Assembly: GCA_016872815.1 (NCBI GenBank)
Contig: VGYY01000003.1
Span: 1 to 47,244 of the forward strand
DNA from: Planctomycetota bacterium
GTDB taxonomy: Bacteria; Planctomycetota; B15-G4; SIAN01
Direction of reading: 5' to 3'
DNA length: 47,244 nucleotides
Positions 21,288 to 29,354 of the stretch are shown piece by piece. Numbering within the stretch: the first letter of the stretch is position 1; every line of letters starts with the position of its first letter. The notes beneath the pieces were generated by a model. The model ran no database searches and was not told the origin of the DNA. It was given only the letters and a program-made list of their open reading frames with translations. The position numbers were made by a program, and so were the translations under genes.

Positions 21288-22304
21288 ATGCCGATCCCCA
21301 TCCGACTCACCGTTGCGCTGCTGTGCGCGATGTGCGCCTGCGGCGCGCCGCTCGCGGCGCAGGAAGGCGCACCGCACTCGCGCGCCGGCGCGCGCCCGCC
21401 GGGACCGCTCCCCATCCACGAGGAACCGGCGGAGCCCGGCATCGCCTGGTTCGGCACATGGTCGGAGGCGCTCGCGGAAGCCGAGCGCACCGGGCGTCCG
21501 CTGCTGTTCATGTCAGCCGCACCCCAGTGCTCGCGCGTACCCGGCGTGTGGTGACCGGGTTACCAGCAGACCGACAGGAGTTTCCTGTCGCAACCGCAAG
21601 TGGTGGCCGCCTCACGTGCGTTCGTGTGCGTGCGCCCGCAGACCTACGAGGACGCCGAGGAGGCCAAGATCCTGAGCTACGTCTTCGCTGGCCGCAGCGG
21701 GCTCGAGAACACCTCGTTCGCGCTGCTCGACCCTGCCGGCAAGAAGCTCACGGCGGGCTCACGCTCACCGAGCATGAGCTACGGTGAGGTCGAGCGCTTC
21801 GTTGCGGCACTCGACTCGACAGCGGCCAAGTACACCGAGAAGGCCAAGCCGATCGAGGCGCTGCCGACTCTGCGCAACCTCCGCCTCGCGCTCAACGTCG
21901 CCGCAGCGGACATGCGTCCGCTCGTCATCGTTCGCGGCAAGGACGAGGCTGCTGCGCAGACACTCGCGCGCAAGGTCGCCAAGCTCGCGTGGAGCGAGGA
22001 ACAGGTCGGCGAAGCGCACTATGTCGTGCTTCAAGAACCGATCGAGTTCGAAGCGCTTGCACCGGAACTCGGCACGAGCGTGGTGCAGCCCGATCCTTAC
22101 GGTCTCGGTGGCAAGGTGCTCGTCCACGTGAAGCCCGAGGCCGACGCGAAAGAGCTTGCCAGGGCACTCGTGAGCGGCTTCAAGCAGCACAAGGTCAAGG
22201 CCCGCGAGCACGACGCGCACGTGCGCGAGGCGCGCCGCCGCGGCATCGAGTGGGAAAGTCTGCTCCCCGTGTCCGATCCACAGGTGCCCGAGCGTCGAAA
22301 CTGA
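21288..22304 (+). CDS. Exported thioredoxin-fold protein, putative selenoprotein (Sec at codon 89)
   Basis: GGAGG then ATG 21288; signal peptide; IAWFGTWSEALAEAERTGRPLLF...W-TGA(21552-21554)-PGYQQTDRSFLSQPQVVAASRAFVCVR continues in frame into the 21600..22304 ORF, giving 338 aa. Confidence 0.75.
21555..21596 (+). promoter_or_regulatory. Candidate bacterial SECIS element
   Basis: Perfect 8-bp stem cgacagga (21572-21579) / tcctgtcg (21583-21590) with a GTT apical loop that starts after a 25-nt spacer from the UGA; weak lower stem ggtt/aacc. Confidence 0.65.
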
Positions 22305-22549
22305 GCGGCGCGCGGCACATGGCCTCAGCCTGAAGCACGACCCGAGGGCCGCGCGCGGGCCGACCGAGGTCTGGCCGGGCGTCTGGACGAGCCAGTCGCG
22401 CGCCTCGACGGAAGTGCCGGCGGCCGGCGATCCGGTGCGGCTGCGACGCTCGCACCAGTACCTGCGCCTTTGCCGAAGTCCTCGGGATCCAGCGCCCACG
22501 CATTCACATCGAGCAGCCCGAGCGGCTTGCTCCGCCGCGCGCGTCAGCG

Positions 22550-22812
22550 GCGCCGGCACCGGCTCGACGCCTGGTGTCCTGGAAGCGCCGATCGAGGGGA
22601 CGGACGAAGACCCGCTTCACCGCCACCCGTCGCTCGTGACGAGCCTCCAGTCGCCCACGGCCGCGCGTGACGCCGAACTCGATCCAGTTGGCAGCGCGAT
22701 CGCTCGCGCCGTCAAGGCGCTCGCGACCGACGATGCTCTCGACCAGGAGCGGGCGCTGACCTCTTGAATCCTCCCAGTCCGCGGCGACCCGTCGCAGCAG
22801 GATCGACTGCAC
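22550..22812 (-). pseudogene. C-terminal remnant of a DUF4338-type (transposase-associated/DruA-like) domain
   Basis: RRVAADWEDSRGQRPLLVESIVGRERLDGASDRAANWIEFGVTRGRGR...VKRVFVRPL resembles DWxxxYGxxPxLxETFV...GTxYRAANW..xG.T.GRG...K.V.V.PL, with several consensus positions degraded. Confidence 0.6.
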
Positions 22813-23029
22813 CCGTCACGTGAGATTCGGGGCGCGATGCCCCATGCAGAGGCGGCTCTGCGCGATCACGTGCGAGCGATGGTGTCGCCCCGGCGATCTC
22901 CACTCGATCAGGATCTGCCGATCGGAGGGCGCCGTGTTCAGCGGGGGAGCTGTGGATCCTGCTCAGCCGCCGCCGTACGGACGTGGTCGCCGCTGCCGCT
23001 GAGTCGCCTCTGCGAACTCGCTTCGACGG

Positions 23030-23902
23030 TCAGGTCGCAGCGCGCACCAGCCAGGCCGCGAGGCACGCGACGATCGGCCCGACGCCCACGATCAGCCACC
23101 CCTTCCGGCCACCGCCGCTCCCGGCCGGGAGCACGACGCTGGCGCAGACGACGAGCAGCAGTGCCGTCGACAGGCCGCCCAGATGGCGCGCACCCCACGC
23201 GTAGGCGAGAAGGCTCACCAGCGCCATCACCACGACGGCGAAGCTCGAGCGCGCGGTCGGGGCGGAGCGGTGGGCGAGGCCGAGGAGGAGCGCGACCGAG
23301 AGGACCGCCACCAGTCCGCCGGCGCAGCGAGCGAGTCGGTCCGACTGCTCCGCGAGCAGGACGACGGAGGTGGCGGCGGCGAGCCAATGCGGCAGCAGCC
23401 AGCGCCAGGCGGGAGCCGAGGCGGCGCAGCGCTCGCCGAGCAGCAACAGCAGCAGCAGCGCGAGGCCGCCGCCGATCCAGACGATCTGCGCCTCGAGCGG
23501 GCTCCAGTCGCGGGCGCGGCCGGAAGGGCGGACCAGCCACCAGGCGATCGCGACCACCAGCGCCAGATGGAGCAGGAAGCGCAGCACCGAGGCGATGCCG
23601 TGCGCCTCCTCGAACCAGAGCAGCAACAGGGTCGCCGGCACCAGCCACGCGCACCACTGCCAGCGCTCCGCCGGCGGCAGGCCGGGCATTCCCGGCACCA
23701 CCGTCATCACGCCGGCGGTGAAGCCAAGCGCCAGCGCGATGGCGGTGGCGCCCCCGCTCTTCGCCATTCCGCCGCCGCCCAGCACGGCGACGACCTGCAG
23801 CAGGAGCGCGACGCCGGCCGCCCAGGCCAGCGTCGCAAGCCAGGCCGCGACGATCGGCTCCTCGAGCCAGGCGCGCAGCCAGTCGGGCAGCAGCTCGATC
23901 AT
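23030..23902 (-). CDS. Integral membrane hypothetical protein
   Basis: About 9-10 hydrophobic segments over 290 aa. Confidence 0.7.
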   Translation of the reverse strand: MIELLPDWLRAWLEEPIVAAWLATLAWAAGVALLLQVVAVLGGGGMAKSGGATAIALALGFTAGVMTVVPGMPGLPPAERWQWCAWLVPATLLLLWFEEAHGIASVLRFLLHLALVVAIAWWLVRPSGRARDWSPLEAQIVWIGGGLALLLLLLLGERCAASAPAWRWLLPHWLAAATSVVLLAEQSDRLARCAGGLVAVLSVALLLGLAHRSAPTARSSFAVVVMALVSLLAYAWGARHLGGLSTALLLVVCASVVLPAGSGGGRKGWLIVGVGPIVACLAAWLVRAAT

Positions 23903-23915
23903 GGGCGGTCGGACC

Positions 23916-24396
23916 TCAGCGTTTCCGTGCCTCGATCGACACCAGCACGGTGACCTCGGTCCCGAGCAACTCGACGGCGTAGGTCATGCCGAAATCGCGC
24001 CGATGGAGGACGAACTTCGCCTCGAAGCCGACCACCGTCCCGAACTGCGGACCGCTGCTGGCGCCGATGTACTCGCCGGTGGCCGTGACGCTCTTCGTCA
24101 CGCCGTGCAGGGTGAGGTCGCCGCTGATCTCGAGCTTGCCGGCCCCCAGGTCGACCACCTTGGTCGACTCGAACTCGATGGTCGGGAACTCCTCGACGTT
24201 GAAGAAGTCGGCGTTGCGCAGGTGCGTGTCGCGCGCGTCCTTCGCCCCGGCCTCCACGCCGGTCTCGTCGTTGGTGTCGATGTCGTAACGGCCGCTCGCG
24301 GGGCGCCTTCGCATCGGCGGCAGGGGCCGACTGCGGCGCGGGCGCCAGCGCCAGCGCGTCGAACGTGGCGGCGGCGAGGATCAGCTTCGACAGCAT
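23916..24396 (-). pseudogene. yceI: YceI-family lipid/polyisoprenoid-binding protein, frameshifted and internally deleted
   Basis: The signal peptide lies in one frame and RDTHLRNADFFNVEEFPTIEFES, GDLTLHGVTK and RRDFGM in another (shift near 24300). The segment between YDIDT and RDxHL is far too short. Confidence 0.75.
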
Positions 24397-24546
24397 CGGG
24401 GGCTCCCGCGATCGATGGGTGGGTCGGCCGTGAGGTCGGCGTTCCGTGGGGGCGGGGCGATGGTAGCGGCCGCCCGACTCGCTCCGCCGTCACGCGACGC
24501 AACCGTGCCATTTCCCGCGATTGCGACCACCGCTAGCTTCGCCTCC

Positions 24547-26217
24547 ATGAATCCCACGCACGTCTTCGCCGCCGCCGCGCTGCTCTTCGCACCGGCCGTG
24601 ACCCCGACCGCTCGCGCCGCGCCGCAGGACGACCGCGCCGGCCGCCGTGGCGTCTCGCCGACCGATGTCGCCACCGCGCGTCAGGCGTTGCTCGACGCCG
24701 CCACGCCGCAGGAGCGCGAGTTCGATTCGCTGATCCGCGCTGCGTTCCGCGAGGCGACCGCGCGCAAGCTCGCCTCGGTCATGGACAACCCCGAGGCGCA
24801 GTACGAACCCGAGCACCTGGCCCTGCGCGAGGAGATCTACGGCGAGTTGCGCAACCGCCCGGCGTTGCGTGAATTCCTGCGCACCACCGCGCGCCGGACG
24901 CCGAACGGCGCCTTCGACTTCGTGGCGACGACGGCCGCGCTGGTGCTGGCGGACGCGCCGGTGGCCGACGATCTGCCCGCGCTGCTCGACGGCTATCGCG
25001 CGACACCCGCCGAGTCGCGCGCCGGCATCGCCCGGCAGCTCGGGCGGGCGCTGGCCGTGCTGCGGACGGCGAACCCGCCGCCGCCGACGGTGGCCGAGGC
25101 GCTCGAACTGCTGCGCGCCGACGCCGGCGAGGGCAAGGCCGTTGCGCGCGGCGCGGCGATCGAGGGTCTCTTCCGGGCCGGCTGCGAGGACGAGGCGCTC
25201 GCCATCCTGAAGCCGCTGCTGATCGAAGGGGCGGATCCCTACCAGACCGTGACGCTGCTGTCGGCGTGCTCGCGCTTCTTCCGCCGGCCGAACCTCGATC
25301 CGTTGCTGAAGGCGCGCGCGCTGGCTGCGACCGCGGCGGTCTTCAACGACCTCCTCGACTCGAACGAGCCGACCTCGACCACCGGCGTGATCTCGGGCAA
25401 GGGGCGCTCGCTGCGGGCCGCCATCACCTTCCTCCAGGAGGTGGGGGGCGACGCCGAGTTCGAGCTGCTGCTGCGCTGCCTGACCGAGCCGAACGGCTTC
25501 CGCCTGCTCGGGATGGACGGCCTGCAGAACCTGCGCTTCGCGCTGCAGGGGAAGCGCGGCAAGGTGGCACCCGAGCTCGGGGCGCGCGTCGACGAGCATT
25601 ACCTCGGCGTGGTGCTCGAAGCCGGGCAGCGGCTGTTCGACCTCGAGGAGGCGCCGTTCGATCAGGACGAGAAGGAGCAGTTCTTCCTCGCCCGCGACCT
25701 GCGTTACAACGCGCTCTCCTACCTGGTCGACCAGTTCTTCCGCAACGCGGCGCTGAAGGAACGGATCGGTCGCGAGGGCGACCTGCCGGCGCTGCTGGTG
25801 GCGCTGGCGCAGTCGCGCGAGGACATCCGCGAGGACCCGACCGACGCGCAGTCGCCGTACGTCGTGGTGCTGGAGAAGACCGAGAACCGGACGCTGGCGC
25901 TGCAGCTGCTGGCGCTGATCGAGCGCGAGTGGAATCGCCGGCCGGGCCTCGACGTGTTCGCCGAGGCGTACGGCCTGCTGTGCCTCGAGATCCAAGCGCC
26001 GCTGCAGCCGATCGCCGAGGTCGTCGCGTTCCGCAAGGCGCGCGCGCCCGGCCTCGAGCTGACCATCCCGGTCCGTCGCACGCCCGACGATCCATGGATC
26101 CGCGGCGCCTGCTGTCAGGCGATCGCCAACCTCGGGTACATCGTCCACACCGAGCCGACGCGCATCCGCATCGAGGTCGACGCCGCGAACCCATGGCCCT
26201 GGGCCGAGCAGGGCTGA
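24547..26217 (+). CDS. Exported helical hypothetical protein
   Basis: Signal peptide MNPTHVFAAAALLFAPAVTPTARA; Leu/Ala/Glu-rich helical sequence; no motif recognised. Confidence 0.7.
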   Translation: MNPTHVFAAAALLFAPAVTPTARAAPQDDRAGRRGVSPTDVATARQALLDAATPQEREFDSLIRAAFREATARKLASVMDNPEAQYEPEHLALREEIYGELRNRPALREFLRTTARRTPNGAFDFVATTAALVLADAPVADDLPALLDGYRATPAESRAGIARQLGRALAVLRTANPPPPTVAEALELLRADAGEGKAVARGAAIEGLFRAGCEDEALAILKPLLIEGADPYQTVTLLSACSRFFRRPNLDPLLKARALAATAAVFNDLLDSNEPTSTTGVISGKGRSLRAAITFLQEVGGDAEFELLLRCLTEPNGFRLLGMDGLQNLRFALQGKRGKVAPELGARVDEHYLGVVLEAGQRLFDLEEAPFDQDEKEQFFLARDLRYNALSYLVDQFFRNAALKERIGREGDLPALLVALAQSREDIREDPTDAQSPYVVVLEKTENRTLALQLLALIEREWNRRPGLDVFAEAYGLLCLEIQAPLQPIAEVVAFRKARAPGLELTIPVRRTPDDPWIRGACCQAIANLGYIVHTEPTRIRIEVDAANPWPWAEQG

Positions 26218-26298
26218 CGCGCACGCGATGAGCAGCGTTCCGGCGGCGGGAATGGGCGCCGCCGCGGCATGATGCGCTGCGTTCGAGGGGAGCACGGC

Positions 26299-27753
26299 TT
26301 GGCCAGGGCAAGCAGCCCGTTCCTGCGCGGCGGCAACCTGAAGGACAGCCTCGGCACCACGCTGAACGGCCTGCTGCAGCAGGTCCCGCCCGAGGAGTTG
26401 CGGGAGCTCAAGCGGCGCGTGCGCGAGGAGGGGCTCGCGCGCGGCGTGGTCTACGAGGACGACGACGGTCGCCCGCAGCCGACGCCGATCCTGATGCGGC
26501 CGCGCGTGCTCGGCGGCAACCAGCGCAACTACCTCCACCAGATCTGCCGCGTGATGGAGGGAGCGTGGGCGAAGCTCTGGCGGCTGTGGCGTGAGGACGC
26601 GGCGGCCCGGCTGCTCCTGCCGATGACGCCGCGCGAGGAGAAGTGGCTGGCGGAACTCGGCGGGGCCGACGGCGGCGGCAGCGGTGCCGACGTCCTGTTC
26701 GGCCGCTGGGACGCCACCAGCGACTTCGGCAGCAAGGACTGGCTGAAGAGCACGCAGTTCTTCGAATACAACCCGCTCGGGGCCGGCGGCACCTACCTCG
26801 CGCCGACGGTCGACGAGATCATCCTGAAGACGGTGGTGCCGGCGCTGCGCAAGCATGCGCCGACGCTGCTGCTCGAGATGAACGATGATCCGCGCCGCGT
26901 GCTGCTCGAGGTGCTGGCCGACCATGCGCGCAGCCTGAAGCTGCGCCGCTTCAACGTGGCGCTCTGCCAGTACAAGGGACTCCAGGGCGGCGTCGAGGAG
27001 TTCCCGTACAACGTCCGCTTCTTCCGCGAGCTCGGCGTCAACTGCTGGCACGTCGATCCACGCGAGCTCCGGGTGCGCGACGGCGAACTCTGGTGCACCG
27101 AGGACGGCGTCGATCACCCGATCGACCTGGTCTATCGCGACCACGAGATCAACGACCTCGCCGCACAGGAGGAGGCGGGCGTCGACCTGAGCGGCATCCG
27201 GCACGCGCTCAGGACCGGGCGGGCGGTGAGCTCGCTGGCCGGCGAGTTCGACCACAAGAGCGCGTTCCAGGTCTTCACCGAGGCGCGTTTCGCCGGCGCG
27301 TTCACCGCCGAGGAGCGGCGCGTCTTCAAGGCGCATGTGCCGTGGACGCGACTGATCGCGGACGAGCGGACGGCGGGGCCGGACGGCGGCGAGATCGACC
27401 TGCTGGCATGGCTGATGGCGCATCGCGAGGGGCTGCTGCTCAAACCCAACCGCAGCTACGGCGGCGCCGGGATCCTGCTCGGGCGCGACTGCTCGGAGCG
27501 GGCGTGGTCGCAGGCGATCGAGCGCGGCGTGAAGAATCCGGGCACGTGGGTCGTGCAGGGTTTCCGGCCGCTGGCCGAGAAGGACTTCCCCGTCATCGAC
27601 GAGGAGGGCAACGTCGGGCTCGCCGAATACTTCACCGTGCTCGGCCTCTACGCCAGCGAACAGCGGCTCGGCTTGCTCGGCCGCGGCAGCCGGCGCCGCG
27701 TGGTCAACGTCGCGCAGAAGGGCGGGCTGGTGTCGGTGCTGCGGCTGCTGTAG
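26299..27753 (+). CDS. Circularly permuted ATP-grasp ligase (glutathione/glutathionylspermidine synthetase-like)
   Basis: GAGGGGAG before TTG 26299; GRWD...FFEYN metal-binding motif, IDLVYRD, HVPWTR, LLKPNRSYGGAGILLG and WVVQ. Confidence 0.8.
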   Translation: MARASSPFLRGGNLKDSLGTTLNGLLQQVPPEELRELKRRVREEGLARGVVYEDDDGRPQPTPILMRPRVLGGNQRNYLHQICRVMEGAWAKLWRLWREDAAARLLLPMTPREEKWLAELGGADGGGSGADVLFGRWDATSDFGSKDWLKSTQFFEYNPLGAGGTYLAPTVDEIILKTVVPALRKHAPTLLLEMNDDPRRVLLEVLADHARSLKLRRFNVALCQYKGLQGGVEEFPYNVRFFRELGVNCWHVDPRELRVRDGELWCTEDGVDHPIDLVYRDHEINDLAAQEEAGVDLSGIRHALRTGRAVSSLAGEFDHKSAFQVFTEARFAGAFTAEERRVFKAHVPWTRLIADERTAGPDGGEIDLLAWLMAHREGLLLKPNRSYGGAGILLGRDCSERAWSQAIERGVKNPGTWVVQGFRPLAEKDFPVIDEEGNVGLAEYFTVLGLYASEQRLGLLGRGSRRRVVNVAQKGGLVSVLRLL

Positions 27754-27760
27754 GGCGGGA

Positions 27761-27777
27761 CGGCGGAGCGTCCGCCG
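27761..27777. terminator. Small hairpin between convergent genes
   Basis: cggcgga-gcg-tccgccg, 7-bp stem; no U-tract. Confidence 0.3.
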
Positions 27778-27789
27778 CGCCGACCGCGC

Positions 27790-28164
27790 TCAGCGCTGGA
27801 ACACGGCTTCGCGCTCGACCCGGGCGACGCGAGTGGCGAACGCGTGATACCAGCGGGCGCGCCCGGCTCGCTGCGCGGCCTCGTGCTCGGCGACCGCCTT
27901 CCACGCGGCGATCGCCTCGAGGCTCGACCAGTAGGAGACGGTCACGCCGAGTCCGTCGCTGCCGCGCGCGCTCTCGAGGCCGAGGAACCCGGGCTGGCGC
28001 GAGCCGAGCTCCACCATCCGGTCGGCGGTCTGCCCGTAGCCGTCACCCGGCCGTTCGTCGCGCAGCGAGGTGAAGATCACGGCCCAATAGGGGGGCTGCG
28101 GGGTGGCGGCCAGCGCCGGCGCCGGGGCGGAATGGGGTGCGGAGTTCGGTGCAGGGGGAGGCAT
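27790..28164 (-). CDS. Antibiotic biosynthesis monooxygenase (ABM) family protein
   Basis: YWAVIFTS, QPGFLGLESAR, TVSYWSSLEAIAAWK, HxxAQxxGRxRWY. Confidence 0.9.
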   Translation of the reverse strand: MPPPAPNSAPHSAPAPALAATPQPPYWAVIFTSLRDERPGDGYGQTADRMVELGSRQPGFLGLESARGSDGLGVTVSYWSSLEAIAAWKAVAEHEAAQRAGRARWYHAFATRVARVEREAVFQR

Positions 28165-28261
28165 CGGCGACTCGCTGCGGCAGAGTGGTGGGGCGTGGCC
28201 GCAGATTCTGGCGACGGCGGTGACGAACTGGAGCGGGCGGCCAGGGGGGCGGCTGGTGGCG

Positions 28262-29344
28262 ATGATCGATCCAGCACCGTGGTTCCGGCCGCCGCGCTGG
28301 GCGAGCGGGCCGCATGGGCAGACGCTCGCCGGTCACCTGCTGCGCCGGAGCGGCGGGCTCGCGGTGCGGCGCGAACGGTTCGAGCTGCCGGACGGCGACT
28401 TCGTCGACCTCGACTGGTTCGCGGCGATGCCCATGCCTGCGGGAGTGGCGGGGACGAGCGCGGAAAGCGACGGGCGGTGCGGCGCGCCGCTCGTGCTGCT
28501 GCTGCATGGGCTCGAGGGGTCGGCGCGGTCCGGTTACATCCGGTCGGTGGCGCGAGCGGTGCTGGCGGCGGGCGGCGCGGCGGTGGCGCTCAACTTCCGC
28601 GGGTGCAGCGGCGAGCCGAACCGGTTGCCGCGCGCCTATCACGCCGGCGAGATCGGCGATCTCGACCAGGTCGTGGCGGAACTTCGGCGGCGCGAGAGTG
28701 CGCGAGTTGCGGCGAATCGCGCGGGGGACGCGCTGCCGCGACTGTCGGTCGTCGGCTTCTCGCTCGGCGGCAACGTGTTGCTGCGATGGCTTGGAGAGCA
28801 CTGCGCCGCGGCGCGGGAGCAGATCGCCGCGGCGGCGGCGGTGTCGGTGCCGTTCGACCTCGCGGCGGGGGCCGACTGGACGGCCGTCGGTCCGGGGCGG
28901 CTCTACGCCGTGCGCCTGCTGCGCGAGTTGCGGCGCAAGGTGGGGCGGAAAGCGGGGCAACTCGCGGCGGCGGCGGCGCGGGACGAGCGTGCGGCCCGGG
29001 TCGACCTGGCGCGCGCGCTGCGGGCGCGGACGTTTCGCGAGTTCGACGAGGCGTACACCGCGCCGGTGCACGGCTTCCGCGATGCCGACGACTACTACGC
29101 CCGGTCGAGCAGTGCGGGGGTGCTGGCGCGGATCGCCGTGCCCACGCTGGTGGTGCACGCGCTCGACGATCCATTCCTGCCGGCGCCGGCCGTTCCGTTC
29201 GCGGCGCTCGCGGCAAACCCGAGCCTGCAGGCGTGGGTCGCCCCGACCGGTGGCCACGTCGGCTTCGTCACGGGCCGGCCCTGGGCGCCGCGATTCGCCG
29301 CCGACCAGGCTGTCGCCGAGTACGTGGTTCCGCGCGGCCGCTGA
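28262..29344 (+). CDS. YheT-type alpha/beta hydrolase
   Basis: HGQTL, LPDGDFVDLDW, LHGLEGS, NFRGCSGEPN, GFSLGGN, FDEAYTAPVHGF, ALDDPF, GGHVGF. Confidence 0.9.
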   Translation: MIDPAPWFRPPRWASGPHGQTLAGHLLRRSGGLAVRRERFELPDGDFVDLDWFAAMPMPAGVAGTSAESDGRCGAPLVLLLHGLEGSARSGYIRSVARAVLAAGGAAVALNFRGCSGEPNRLPRAYHAGEIGDLDQVVAELRRRESARVAANRAGDALPRLSVVGFSLGGNVLLRWLGEHCAAAREQIAAAAAVSVPFDLAAGADWTAVGPGRLYAVRLLRELRRKVGRKAGQLAAAAARDERAARVDLARALRARTFREFDEAYTAPVHGFRDADDYYARSSSAGVLARIAVPTLVVHALDDPFLPAPAVPFAALAANPSLQAWVAPTGGHVGFVTGRPWAPRFAADQAVAEYVVPRGR

Positions 29345-29354
29345 CCCCGTCCCG

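Noticed and set aside
26215-26298. Possible TGA read-through fusing 24547..26217 to the in-frame ATP-grasp ORF
   Set aside because: The spacer translates as non-coding-like sequence, the second gene has its own RBS, there is no redox context or convincing SECIS, and an exported protein fused to a cytoplasmic ligase is implausible.
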